Assembly (NCBI RefSeq): GCF_030013595.1
Contig: NZ_CP122768.1
Length of the DNA stretch: 64,000 nucleotides
Strand: one strand, 5' to 3'
Source of the DNA: Escherichia coli
GTDB taxonomy: Bacteria > Pseudomonadota > Gammaproteobacteria > Enterobacterales > Enterobacteriaceae
Shown here: one piece after another, positions 45,510-55,530 of the stretch
How the letters are laid out: each line of letters starts with the position of its first letter
Position numbering within the stretch: the stretch's first letter is position 1
Program-made: the position numbers and the translations under genes
Notes under the pieces: model-generated
Seen by the model: the letters and a program-made list of their open reading frames with translations, nothing else
What the model was told of the DNA's origin: nothing
The model's database searches: none

Positions 45510-46646
45510 TTATTTCAGTTTGGTCTGGAAAAATTGTTCGAACTTCGCGAAAGGTATTTTTCCGGCCACGTTATCGTACAGGTCCACGTGATTTGCCCCT
45601 GGTACCACCACCAACTCTTTGTCGTTACTGCCAACCGCCTTGTAAGCATCTTCAGCAAAATAACGTGAATGCGCTTTCTCACCGGTCACAATCAGCGTCG
45701 GAATGGTGATTTCACTGGCGTAGCTCAACAGCGGCATATTCATAAATGACAGCGGCATCGTTGCCGTCCACGCCCCGGTAGAGTTAACGGAACGTTCGTG
45801 GAAGCCGCGCGGCATGCGATAGTAGTCAAAGAACTCTTTCAGTACCGGATGAGGATTTGCCGGCAGCGTTTCTGGCAGAATGCGCTCGCCCGCACTGACC
45901 TTGCCGTTGCTGTCGACATTAATATCATGACCACCGTGAGCGAACGTTCCGCTCTTCGCATCCTTCCAGCGCTGTTCATTCAGATATTGCAGAACAGCAC
46001 GACGGTCGGCGGTAGAATAACGGTCTTTGCCATCCCCCACACCATGACCCATCGCCCGGCTCATGTCATACATCACGCTGGTAGCTACCGCTTTAACGCG
46101 GGTATCCATCGCTACGTCGTTCAGCGCCATGCCGCCCCAGCCACAAATACCGAGCAGCCCGATACGGTTGCGATCTACCTCTTTTTGCAGCCCTAAGAAA
46201 TCCACCGCCGCGCTGAAATCTTCAGTGTTGATATCCGGTGAGGCGACGTTTCGCGGATAGCCGCCGCTTTCCCCGGTGTAAGAAGGATCGAACGCCAAGG
46301 TAACAAACCCTCGTTCCGCCAGCGTCTGCGCATACAGGCCGCTGGATTGCTCTTTCACCGCGCCAAATGGCCCACTGACCGCAATCGCCGCCAGCTTGCG
46401 ATCGCCACGGTCTTTAGGCAGGTAAAGATCGCCCACTAAGGTGATGCCATATCGGTTCGGGAACGAGACTTTACGGTGATCGACTTTCTGGCTCTCGGCG
46501 AACGTTTTATCCCATTTATCTGTCATGGACACAGGGGCATTAGGATTGGTTGAATCAGCATAACTCATTGTCGTGACTCCACTTAATGATGCGAAAAGCA
46601 GCATGGTCGGCATCGCGGTTTTTAGCGTGCGGGTGAAGGCTTTCAT
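45510..46646 (-). CDS. Secreted alpha/beta hydrolase, dienelactone hydrolase-like with Cys nucleophile (ORF track start 46667)
   Basis: Signal peptide; GICGWGG nucleophile-elbow variant. Confidence 0.65.
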   Translation of the reverse strand: MKAFTRTLKTAMPTMLLFASLSGVTTMSYADSTNPNAPVSMTDKWDKTFAESQKVDHRKVSFPNRYGITLVGDLYLPKDRGDRKLAAIAVSGPFGAVKEQSSGLYAQTLAERGFVTLAFDPSYTGESGGYPRNVASPDINTEDFSAAVDFLGLQKEVDRNRIGLLGICGWGGMALNDVAMDTRVKAVATSVMYDMSRAMGHGVGDGKDRYSTADRRAVLQYLNEQRWKDAKSGTFAHGGHDINVDSNGKVSAGERILPETLPANPHPVLKEFFDYYRMPRGFHERSVNSTGAWTATMPLSFMNMPLLSYASEITIPTLIVTGEKAHSRYFAEDAYKAVGSNDKELVVVPGANHVDLYDNVAGKIPFAKFEQFFQTKLK

Positions 46647-46832
46647 AAAAATCCCCATAAAAAACAACAGAGAGATACAGGTTTCCGACGGACAACGCTG
46701 CGGTGCTTTGCTTTGATGGGGTCATTATAGTGAGCAGAATTAGTGCTGATTAGGGGGCGATTAATGCTAAGATTAATACCATATTGTTATAAATTAATGT
46801 GGAGATTGCCGGCATGAAGGGGGGATGTTTCA

Positions 46833-47717
46833 ATGGCGAAAAGGGAGAACTACAACGAGCTGTACCTGTTTATGCAGGTGGTGCGAGAAGGCAGCTTTAC
46901 CGCAGCGGCTCAGCGGCTGGGTCTTGCTCAGTCAGGAGTCAGCCGTTCTGTTCGCGAGCTTGAAGAAAGGCTGGGCGTCCAGCTGCTAGTGCGCACCACG
47001 CGTAAACTGTCGCTGACACAAGCAGGCGAGCAGCTCTACCAGAAGACGGCATCTGGATTTGAAATGTTAGATCTTGGGCTTGCCACGCTGGCGCACTATC
47101 GAGAGACGCCCTCCGGCACGGTGCGTATCAATGCCAGCCAGCACGCGATTGATAAATGCCTGCTGCCAAAGCTGGCGGTATTTAAACAGAGATATCCTGA
47201 TATCCGGCTTGAACTGATAAATGAGAGCCGGTTCGTCGATATCATCGAGGAAAGATTCGATGCAGGTGTCCGCCTGGGGCCTGAAGTCGGCCAGGGTATG
47301 GTCGCGGTACGCATCACGCCCGATATGGAGATGGCAATTGTGGGGACTCCGGAACATTTTCGTCGCTATGGTTTTCCGCAAACCCCGGCGGATTTAAAGG
47401 CGCATCCCTGTATCGCCTATCAGTTTGCCGACGGCAGCGTATACCAGTGGGAACTCAATCAGGATGATAAAAAAATCACTCATCGCCCTGAAGGGCAATG
47501 GGCCCTATCCGACAGCTATATGGAAGCAGAAGCCGCCCGGCTGGGCCTCGGATTGGCCTATGTTCCTGTTGAACTGGTCGCGGATGATTTAGAACACGGT
47601 AAGCTTATCAGGGTGTTGCAGCGTTACAGCCTGCGAATGGAGGGATTGTTTCTCTATTACCCTCATCGCAACGTCTCCCCCGCCCTGCGGATGGTCATTG
47701 ATACATTGAAAATCTGA
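46833..47717 (+). CDS. LysR-family transcriptional regulator (294 aa)
   Basis: N-terminal HTH LYLFMQVVREGSFTAAAQRLGLAQSGVSRSVRELEERL. Confidence 0.8.
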   Translation: MAKRENYNELYLFMQVVREGSFTAAAQRLGLAQSGVSRSVRELEERLGVQLLVRTTRKLSLTQAGEQLYQKTASGFEMLDLGLATLAHYRETPSGTVRINASQHAIDKCLLPKLAVFKQRYPDIRLELINESRFVDIIEERFDAGVRLGPEVGQGMVAVRITPDMEMAIVGTPEHFRRYGFPQTPADLKAHPCIAYQFADGSVYQWELNQDDKKITHRPEGQWALSDSYMEAEAARLGLGLAYVPVELVADDLEHGKLIRVLQRYSLRMEGLFLYYPHRNVSPALRMVIDTLKI

Positions 47718-47930
47718 ACGTTAACAACGACCGACTCTTCACTGTGCAAAATTGTGTCAGGTAGTCCCTCTGCGTTCAATTCCAGGGTCTGTACAGTCTG
47801 CTTTGAGCGAGAAAGAGGGGACTATCCAGCAATGGAGATCACCCAAAAGAAAAAACCACCTGGCTCCCTCGACAACCTTCATCCAGGCATTTAGCCTCAA
47901 TCAACATTTTTATATCTGTCAGGTTACTTC

Positions 47931-48215
47931 ATGATGAAAACTGATCATTATCGTTGTTTTTGTTGCAATAGTAGAATACGCGTATTTATTCCTCCATCTC
48001 TATTAATAACGGCAATAAACTGTTCACTTCACTGATATTTAAAATATGTATCCTTTTCAAGCTGTTCAGCGGCGTAAGAAAAAGTATTAATTATGAATTC
48101 GATGATTTAACCATATCTGTCTGATTGGTAATCATCCGTGATTAATGCTGGTCTATTGATTACGCCAGCATTAACCGCTTAGGGATGTATTCTTCCTGTT
48201 CATATAGCCCTCGAA
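47931..48215. repeat. Degenerate paralogous copy of the ykgR - ykgO-downstream flank (copy 1 at 28612-29600) with ykgM/ykgO coding part deleted
   Basis: Aligned by eye: shared ...attaataacggcaataaactgttcacttca... and terminator-like ccagcattaa segments. Confidence 0.55.
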
Positions 48216-48301
48216 AAAGAGAGAAAATAAAACTGTGTCCAATATTAATTTACCACTCCAGACCGAAGCATCGGTGGGATTAGCAGAATGATCTGCGTCT
48301 G

Positions 48302-48517
48302 ATGTTGAGGCTGGCTCTTGCCGGCGCAGGCATAACAATTGCCACTCAGGAAACTTTCAGGCCATATATTGAAAGCGGTAAGCTTGTATCGCTGCTTGAT
48401 GACTTTCTTCCACAATTTCCGGGCTTCTATCTGTATTTCCCACAGCGTCGCAATATTGCACCAAAGCTCCGCGCCCTGATTGACCACGTCAAGGAATGGC
48501 GGCAGCAATTGGCTTAA
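48302..48517 (+). pseudogene. yagP: LysR-family C-terminal fragment (yagP-like remnant)
   Basis: 71-aa ORF matching LysR substrate-binding C-terminus only. Confidence 0.5.
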
Positions 48518-48644
48518 ATGTCTGCACCTGCACTGCCTGATGTCAGAACAGTATTTTGATGAATTGCCAGGGTTACAATGGCACAAATACGGCACAGGAG
48601 GAAAATGTGGTGTAATTGAATGTGAGGTAACTACTTGATTTAAA

Positions 48645-48692
48645 TGGTGCCGATAAGAGGAGTCGAACCTCCGACCTTCGCATTACGAATTA
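48645..48692 (-). other. tRNA-Thr(CGU) 3' fragment (anticodon loop through CCA); att-site remnant at island boundary
   Basis: Reverse complement reads ...ctaattCGTaatgcgaaggtcggaggttcgactcctcttatcggcacca; 5' half lacks D-arm and acceptor pairing. Confidence 0.6.
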
Positions 48693-48855
48693 GCGAGACC
48701 AGTGATTCAAGATGTTCACATCCGTTTCAGCATACAATAAAAAATATATAAAAATCAACAAAATAGACATAAATGCAGTATCAAGATGTTTCGCCTTGTT
48801 TCTGATGATATCATGTTAAATGTGTACCCCACTGTGTACCCAAAAGGCTGAAGAT

Positions 48856-50175
48856 ATGACTTTTACTATTACACAAGACAGACAATTGGCTTCATTGACC
48901 GTTACTAAAGAAGAAAAAGAAATCTTATTTGCTGTAAAATCTAAAGCTGGGGGAGGACTCTTTATACGCGTTCGTTATGGTAGCGACAATAAAAGCTGGA
49001 TTTATCGTTATCGAATAGCTCAAAAGCCAGCTAAATTAACACTAGGTAGTTACCCTGCCATGGGATTAGCTCAAGCTCGTAAAGCTCATGCGGATGCAAT
49101 TGAATTAGTAAGAAAAGGTATAGATCCTCGTCATATTAGAAAAAATGAAAAACAAAAAAATGAACAAATGATTATTTACTCTGAATTATGGAAAGATTGG
49201 ATAGAATTCAGAAAGACAAGTAAACCAATTAGCACCAGACCCCTTGCAGATTATGAAGGGACTTATCACCGCCACCTTGAAAAAGCATTAGGAAACCTTC
49301 GCATTGACGAACTTACCAAAAGCGTTATTTTTGAACATCTCAGTAATGTAAGAAAAACCAGTTCTGAAGCAGTTCGTAAAGGATTAATTATTCTAAATAT
49401 GACTCTTGATCATGCCAACTTACAGGGTATGCTTGAGCATAACCCAGCACGACTGCTCAAACCAGCAATGTTTGGTGCATCGATGAATAAACCTCGCGAG
49501 CGATGGCTTCCTGAGAATGAACTCCGGATGCTATGGAAGGCTTTGGATGATGCTACTGTTGGAGGAGGCTCCATTGCATCTGGTGGCTATGGAATTTCCT
49601 CTAGTGTGGTATTATCTCATTCTGTCGCAAATGCACTCCGTTTGATTATTTTCACAGGAGTGCGCCGCTCTGAAGCGGCACAAATGCGCTGGGATCAAAT
49701 TAATGGAGAGCGTTGGACCATACCAGCCACTAAAAATGGGAAAAGCCATATTGTTACTTTACATCCGTATATGCTTTCTTTAATAAAAACACAACGTGAA
49801 TTCACTGAAGGTGCATATGTTTTTGGTTCTACTAGCAAACCTGGCTTTCCCATCACAAATGACGCTCTGACTCGCGCGTTAGAAAGGGTTCGCTCTAAGT
49901 ATCTAGCCGAACTTACTCCATTTTCTCCTCATGATCTGCGTAGAAGTGTTGCGACTGGATGCGCTGAATACCTTGATGCTCCAGAGCGCCTAATAGAGTT
50001 ACTGTTAAATCATGTACCCAAAGACCGTTTAATACGAACATATCAAGTCGGACAACAAGCTGAAAAATTAAAAAATTTATTTATAGAATGGGGGAATTTT
50101 ATTATGAATAACGTCATTACTGTGCAGCAGAATGCTCCGGATAATGTTATTCATATAAAATTTGGGAACAGATGA
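48856..50175 (+). CDS. Tyrosine integrase of CP4-type island (IntF-like; alternative start 48820)
   Basis: Integrase domain (R...HDLRRS...Y); adjacent to tRNA fragment. Confidence 0.8.
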   Translation: MTFTITQDRQLASLTVTKEEKEILFAVKSKAGGGLFIRVRYGSDNKSWIYRYRIAQKPAKLTLGSYPAMGLAQARKAHADAIELVRKGIDPRHIRKNEKQKNEQMIIYSELWKDWIEFRKTSKPISTRPLADYEGTYHRHLEKALGNLRIDELTKSVIFEHLSNVRKTSSEAVRKGLIILNMTLDHANLQGMLEHNPARLLKPAMFGASMNKPRERWLPENELRMLWKALDDATVGGGSIASGGYGISSSVVLSHSVANALRLIIFTGVRRSEAAQMRWDQINGERWTIPATKNGKSHIVTLHPYMLSLIKTQREFTEGAYVFGSTSKPGFPITNDALTRALERVRSKYLAELTPFSPHDLRRSVATGCAEYLDAPERLIELLLNHVPKDRLIRTYQVGQQAEKLKNLFIEWGNFIMNNVITVQQNAPDNVIHIKFGNR

Positions 50176-50267
50176 TAAAAATACATGCATGGTCTGAGAT
50201 ACCCTGTCTACTCGACCATGCAGTATGGTTCAACTAAATCAGTCACAACAAGAAATGATTAGTTTTA

Positions 50268-51116
50268 TTAGATATTGTATGGGATTATTTCTGGATAATA
50301 CTTCGCAATGATGTCATTTAGCCGATCAACCAGTTCTGGTTTTCTGAACGTGATATGCGCGGAGCCCTTCTTAAAGTATCTGATGCTGAACATCTCATCT
50401 TCATAGCAGGCTTTGCCCTGAACGGAGCGGATGTGATCATCCAGCCGAATAATGATATTTTCCCGGCTGTCGGGGATCGGTTTGCCGCTGAACAGGTGCA
50501 GCATTCTTTCCAGGTCGGCAAGTCGATCTGCCTGTTGCCCGGTGATAAGATGCAATCCCCACCGGTCCCACCTCACCAGATTGTTGACGATAATTTTACT
50601 GCCAAATTTACAGGGGCAATTGGTTTTGTAATCCCAGCTCAGTCCCCTGAAGACGTTGATGCCCCCACGCTCAAACACTTCATCCTTATTCTGGTGTAGT
50701 TGCTCAAACGTACTCAGTATATTCTCTTCACTGATTTCCGGAAAATTATCGTACTCCAGTGACCGGTACCATGTATCACGGGCCTGTGCATCCATTAAGG
50801 AAAGCATCCCTGAACGTTGCATCAGGTCACGCCAGATTTCACGGTCAAGGTTGCGGGTGATGGCTTTCATTGCCGTTTCAGGTTTCTCCATCAGCCAGCA
50901 ACCGCAGCGAAAATCCTGTTTCATGGCCCAGTCCGGAGCAGTTTTACCTCCAATACTTTCTGTCATTGCTGATATTTCAGCCAGTTGCCGGATAAGTGTG
51001 TCGATTTGCAGCAGTGTGCTCTTTCGTACAGCCAAAATGTGGCGGATACTGGTTGAGCAGATAACGTCCGTATGCCCGTTGACCACTTCCGGACGGGAGA
51101 TTGTGATGTCTGACAT
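50268..51116 (-). CDS. Hypothetical protein (282 aa), possibly DUF4942-like
   Basis: ORF downstream of yeeW-like gene; family assignment from memory only. Confidence 0.45.
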   Translation of the reverse strand: MSDITISRPEVVNGHTDVICSTSIRHILAVRKSTLLQIDTLIRQLAEISAMTESIGGKTAPDWAMKQDFRCGCWLMEKPETAMKAITRNLDREIWRDLMQRSGMLSLMDAQARDTWYRSLEYDNFPEISEENILSTFEQLHQNKDEVFERGGINVFRGLSWDYKTNCPCKFGSKIIVNNLVRWDRWGLHLITGQQADRLADLERMLHLFSGKPIPDSRENIIIRLDDHIRSVQGKACYEDEMFSIRYFKKGSAHITFRKPELVDRLNDIIAKYYPEIIPYNI

Positions 51117-51200
51117 TATCGGTTTCCCTTTTGGTTTATAAACGAAAACGCCAGCCCTGTTCAGGCTGACGTCAGTGGAATGAAGTATGGTGAGTGATAT

Positions 51201-51623
51201 TTACCGCTTCTGGTGCAGAAGCTGCAGATGACGAAGAGTACGGACATCCTCCCGGGCCTGTTCGATACAGGGCAACAGTGCTACCGAATCCGTTTTATCC
51301 TCATCGTTGTCAAAGATAATTCCCGATTCGCAGTCGATATTGTCCTGCAGCCACGCAATGAGGATATCCAGCGCTGTTTCAGTGGTTAATGGCATCACGC
51401 TCTGTATCACTGTATTGTCTTCCGGCAACTGATGAGGGCTGGCAGAAGTCGCCGGTGTTTCGGTAGCGTCACGTTCATTCACCACGCGGAGTGAATAACC
51501 GTTTTCAGCGACTTTGTTAATCAGTTCAGCGAGCTCAATACCATCGACGTCAACGACAATGCGCCCCATGTTCAGCGCCTGCGCATTAATGCTGTCGGCT
51601 TCCAGCGTCAGGGCCAGTTTCAT
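51201..51623 (-). CDS. YeeW-like protein (140 aa)
   Basis: Position immediately downstream of CbtA-like toxin; acidic. Confidence 0.5.
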   Translation of the reverse strand: MKLALTLEADSINAQALNMGRIVVDVDGIELAELINKVAENGYSLRVVNERDATETPATSASPHQLPEDNTVIQSVMPLTTETALDILIAWLQDNIDCESGIIFDNDEDKTDSVALLPCIEQAREDVRTLRHLQLLHQKR

Positions 51624-52000
51624 TGTTTCGCCCCCGGATGTTTACCCAGGGTAATGTTATTTACCGTTCTGTAGTTGTCGCGTGTCATCAGGCCGGTTGC
51701 CCGGCGTGCCCGGAGGATATCAATACTGTTTATTAACTGAGAACGGGTACAGGCGCTGAATCCCGGCTGGTCGGTACGTACCAGTGCGTATTTTTCAACG
51801 AGAAAGTTCACCGCATCGCACAGTGAAATGCCTGCCTCAATATGCTGCTCAATCACACGTTCATCAGCGAACGGTGTGTCATTCAGCGTAAGGCCGTAGT
51901 GCTGATCCAGCAGTCGGGTGAGCAGTGTCTGCCAGATTTCAACCGGAGACGGGCGTGAACTGGCCGCCTGCCCGGGTAATACAGGTAATGTTTTCATACT
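51620..52000 (-). CDS. CbtA/YkfI/YeeV-family type IV toxin (about 126 aa; ORF track extends to 52138)
   Basis: MKTLPVLPGQAASSRPSPVEIWQTLLTRLLDQHYGLTLNDTPF matches CbtA family N-terminus. Confidence 0.75.
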   Translation of the reverse strand, partial: SMKTLPVLPGQAASSRPSPVEIWQTLLTRLLDQHYGLTLNDTPFADERVIEQHIEAGISLCDAVNFLVEKYALVRTDQPGFSACTRSQLINSIDILRARRATGLMTRDNYRTVNNITLGKHPGAKQ

Positions 52001-52086
52001 GAAGATTTTCCTGAAATGCAGAGATGAAAAATGGAAAAGTGGCGTGGTGAAAGCACCAGGCCGGAGCAGAAGGTTATTCTGGAGAG

Positions 52087-52455
52087 TTACTTTTTCGTTT
52101 CGGGCGTCGGATAAACAGCCATATAAACGTAGCCACAACTGCCGAGGGTGTCGGCTTCGCAGGTCAGCCCTTTTGCATACAGCGTGACGGTATGCTGATG
52201 GCGGGGATTCAGTTCACCGCTGGTGAGCATGAGCTCCAGTTGTTTCATCAGCAGCGGAAAGGCCTGGTCTAGGTGGTACGAATCCGCGTCGCTGAACCGC
52301 CCTCTGATACCGGCGCGGTCGGCAAGGTAATGCAACCGGTTGCCTTCCTGTACCAGACGGGCACCAAAACAGGGCGTCACGGTGCAGGGCAGTCCCCACC
52401 AGGTGCGGTCGTTATTGTCGTCGGGAAGCGTTGTCCCGGGGAGTGTGTCTGACAC
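52087..52455 (-). CDS. CbeA/YafW/YeeU-family type IV antitoxin (122 aa)
   Basis: Family pattern; immediately upstream of toxin. Confidence 0.75.
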   Translation of the reverse strand: MSDTLPGTTLPDDNNDRTWWGLPCTVTPCFGARLVQEGNRLHYLADRAGIRGRFSDADSYHLDQAFPLLMKQLELMLTSGELNPRHQHTVTLYAKGLTCEADTLGSCGYVYMAVYPTPETKK

Positions 52456-52534
52456 GATAAAATCCTCACAGAAAATTGGTTAAGAATGGTCCGGTGGTGG
52501 CGATAATTCTGCTCTTCTGAATGCCCTTCCAGAC

Positions 52535-52756
52535 TCAGTTCAGGGTGACGCTCATCAGCCGGACATACGGACCAAAACTGTCCTTCCGGCGTTCTGCAAA
52601 CACAGCCAGCACACCGGGAATATCCTGTACTTCACGGCCGGTATATGTATCCGTGCTACCGTGCCAGCGGTATTTACCGGTACAGAACGGAAAAAGACGG
52701 GATGCAGGATGCTGACGGTGAATACGCATGGCTTCACCACGGGTGATGATTTTCAT
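52535..52756 (-). CDS. DUF987 protein (YkfH/YeeT-like, 73 aa)
   Basis: Position and size in CP4 module. Confidence 0.6.
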   Translation of the reverse strand: MKIITRGEAMRIHRQHPASRLFPFCTGKYRWHGSTDTYTGREVQDIPGVLAVFAERRKDSFGPYVRLMSVTLN

Positions 52757-52842
52757 GAGAATAGTCCTCCTGAATGTGAAAGTAAGAAACAGCTGAGAAA
52801 GAGAAACTGAAGTGATATGAAGGTGATTGTGACGGTGACGGG

Positions 52843-53334
52843 TTAAAGCAGACCGTGTTCCGCAAAGGAGAAAACCTGGCTGCCACCGATTATCAGATGG
52901 TCCGGTACCCGGATATCCACCAGGGCCAGTGCCTGTACCAGACGCTCAGTGATAAGGCGGTCTGCCTTGCTGGGGGTGACTTCACCGGACGGGTGATTGT
53001 GCGCCAGCACCACGGCAGCGGCATTGTGGTACAGGGCGCGTTTAATCACCTCCCGGGGATGGACTTCTGTGCGGTTGATGGTGCCAGTGAAGAGGGTTTC
53101 ACCGGCAATCAGCTGATTCTGGTTGTTCAGATACAGCACCCGGAACTCTTCCCGCTCCAGTCCCGCCATGTTCAGTATCAGCCATTCCCGTGCCGCATGC
53201 GTGGAGGTGAAGGCCACGCCGGGTTCATGAAGATGGCGGTCCAGGGTTTTCAGGGCCCGTTGAATGAGGCTGCGCTCGCCGGGCGTCATCTCTCCGGGCA
53301 GAAAGGAAAGCTGTTGCATTGTGCTTCTCTCCAT
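52843..53334 (-). CDS. RadC-like JAB-domain protein (YkfG/YeeS-like)
   Basis: JAMM motif HNHPSGEVTPSKAD. Confidence 0.8.
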   Translation of the reverse strand: MERSTMQQLSFLPGEMTPGERSLIQRALKTLDRHLHEPGVAFTSTHAAREWLILNMAGLEREEFRVLYLNNQNQLIAGETLFTGTINRTEVHPREVIKRALYHNAAAVVLAHNHPSGEVTPSKADRLITERLVQALALVDIRVPDHLIIGGSQVFSFAEHGLL

Positions 53335-53820
53335 TCAGTCGATGATGCGCATAATGGCGCTGCATTCCGGATGCTGCAGGGCGTAATCCCGCAGCCGGTA
53401 ATAATGGACCGTCATGGCATAACACTCCGTACGACAGGCATGATGACTGTACGTCATCAGACAGGCAGCAATGCCGGCGGCTTCCGGGCTCATTTCAGCG
53501 CGGTTGCCGTTCATGACATTGAACAGTACCCATATTTCGTCATCATCGTCATCCGGTTCGGGTGCCATAAATGCCCCGCCGTTGTTCAGAGTGTACAGAT
53601 TCCAGATACCACCGCAGTAGTCTTCGCTCAGACGGTCCATCCAGCCGAAAACACGGGGCTCCAGGGTCACCCACTGTGGAATGAGACCAAAGTGCTGCGG
53701 CCAGAAGCTGATGCGCTGTTCATCAGGGACTATGGTGGCAACCAGCTGAGGCTGGTCATTCCCTGATGCAGCGGTTACGGAAACAGAAGGAGTGGTGGAA
53801 TTATGCGAGACGGTTGTCAT
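53335..53820 (-). CDS. Anti-restriction protein (YafX/YfjX-like, 161 aa)
   Basis: Position in CP4 module; acidic stretch PEPDDDDDE. Confidence 0.6.
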   Translation of the reverse strand: MTTVSHNSTTPSVSVTAASGNDQPQLVATIVPDEQRISFWPQHFGLIPQWVTLEPRVFGWMDRLSEDYCGGIWNLYTLNNGGAFMAPEPDDDDDEIWVLFNVMNGNRAEMSPEAAGIAACLMTYSHHACRTECYAMTVHYYRLRDYALQHPECSAIMRIID

Positions 53821-53911
53821 GAGATTATTCCTTATAAAAAGTAAATGAATGGAAGAAACCCCGGGGGAAGGGACAAACGTGAGTCAGAACTGCGCTTTCA
53901 GGGAAAAGGCA

Positions 53912-54730
53912 TCAGCACATGCTCTCCAGCAGCGTTTCAGCCATTACCCACAATGCGCGATTGAGCTTAATGTCGGTGTCGATGCTGTGAATGGCACGGG
54001 TATGGATACGTTTCCCTCTGGCACTGCGACCGGAAATTCCGCCTTTCAGCATATTCTCCTGAATGGTCTGATAAGCACTCCACAGGTCCTTACCGTAATC
54101 CTCCCGGCGTCGTGGTGTCAGAATGTCGGCGGTGGTGACGGGCTGATGTTCGTCACCATAACGGTAAGTCAGTGCCGCCTGTGCCAGCGCCTGGCGTGCC
54201 GGTGGCGGCAGAATCAGCGACTGCATGGCATCACGCTTTTCCTCAATCCGCTCAAACACGCCCACCACCTCGTAAGCCCCTTCAATAACTTTCTCCACCA
54301 CATTTCCCCGGTGTGGAACACGCAATTCTCCCAGAGACTGACCGCAGACCAGTCCATTGGTACAAATGGCACGAAAATATCCGGGTAACATCTGGTAGCT
54401 GGATGAACCGTCATGGGAGTTGAGCAGAATAATTTCAGGGACATGCTGACCGGTTATCTGCCCGGCCCGCCGCAGACGCAGCATGTGTTTTGTGTATTCC
54501 CGGCGGCTCTGGTCGCGCACGCGGGTCTGGCAGGCAAAGAACGGCTGAAAGCCTTCCTGCTGCAGATTTTCCAGGACGGTGATAGTGGGAATGTACGCAT
54601 AGTGTTCACTTCGGGAGGTATGTCGGTTTTCCCCAAAAATACTCGGTACATGGCGCATCAGTTCTTCGTGTGTCAGCGGACGGTCACGGCGTATCTGGTT
54701 TACATGACCAAAACGACTCGCTAATCGCAT
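53912..54730 (-). CDS. YafZ/YfjQ-family protein (DUF932-like, 272 aa)
   Basis: Family pattern from memory; CP4 module position. Confidence 0.6.
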   Translation of the reverse strand: MRLASRFGHVNQIRRDRPLTHEELMRHVPSIFGENRHTSRSEHYAYIPTITVLENLQQEGFQPFFACQTRVRDQSRREYTKHMLRLRRAGQITGQHVPEIILLNSHDGSSSYQMLPGYFRAICTNGLVCGQSLGELRVPHRGNVVEKVIEGAYEVVGVFERIEEKRDAMQSLILPPPARQALAQAALTYRYGDEHQPVTTADILTPRRREDYGKDLWSAYQTIQENMLKGGISGRSARGKRIHTRAIHSIDTDIKLNRALWVMAETLLESMC

Positions 54731-54849
54731 TATTTGCTCCTTATGAATGAGTTAGCGGTATAAATGAATAAATATCCTCCGGCATAGCCGGAGGTTTTTC
54801 AAATGCGCCTGTAAGGCTCTGTTACCAGCCGCGCCCTAACAGGCGCATA

Positions 54850-55525
54850 CGATCTGACATTTGCATTCAACTTCGTTACTTACGGCCCGTAAACGGGCTG
54901 CCCGGATATGGAATCGATAACTGCTCCCCCATTTTATCCTCTTCAAGCTGGTGCTTTATGTAGTCCTGTATCTTCGCCGTGTTCTTACCCACCGTATCGA
55001 CATAGTACCCTCGGCACCAGAACTCCCTGTTTCTGTATTTGAATTTCAAATCCCCAAACTGCTCGTAAAGCATCAGACTGCTTTTCCCTTTCAGATATCC
55101 CATAAAGCCGGATACGCTCATTTTGGGTGGGATTTCCACAAGCATATGGATATGATCTGCGCAGCACTCTGCTTCCAGAATCCGTACGCTTTTCCACTCA
55201 CACAGCTTTCTCAAAATACTGCCTATCGCCCTACGCTTCTCTCCGTAAAACGCCAGTCTTCGGTATTTCGGCGCAAAAACTATGTGATATTTACAGTTCC
55301 AGCGGGTGTGCGCTAAGCTCTTTTCGTCCCCCATTGGGACCCCCTTTTGATTTCTTGTTTGACACTTGCAGTTGCCAGACCGCAAGGTGTTTTAACAAAT
55401 CAAAAGGGGTTTTAATAACTGGCTCAAAGCTGAAAGCTTTCCGGAACCCCCAGCCTAGCTGGGGGTTTTCTGTGCACAAAAAGCCGCGTCTCCCGGAGAA
55501 GACGCGGCCTGATGGGTGAAATGAA
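54850..55525. mobile_element. IS200/IS605-family insertion sequence (approximate ends)
   Basis: Y1/HUH transposase ORF flanked by structured ends; hairpins at 55340-55520. Confidence 0.65.
54876..55334 (-). CDS. tnpA: IS200-type transposase TnpA (about 152 aa)
   Basis: HUH motif HIHMLVEIPP and catalytic Tyr region YYVDTVG. Confidence 0.8.
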   Translation of the reverse strand: MGDEKSLAHTRWNCKYHIVFAPKYRRLAFYGEKRRAIGSILRKLCEWKSVRILEAECCADHIHMLVEIPPKMSVSGFMGYLKGKSSLMLYEQFGDLKFKYRNREFWCRGYYVDTVGKNTAKIQDYIKHQLEEDKMGEQLSIPYPGSPFTGRK

Positions 55526-55530
55526 GACGT

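Noticed and set aside
52855-53766. 303-aa plus-strand ORF across the RadC-like and anti-restriction genes
   Set aside because: Antisense to two well-supported minus-strand genes; His/Gly-rich low-complexity translation.
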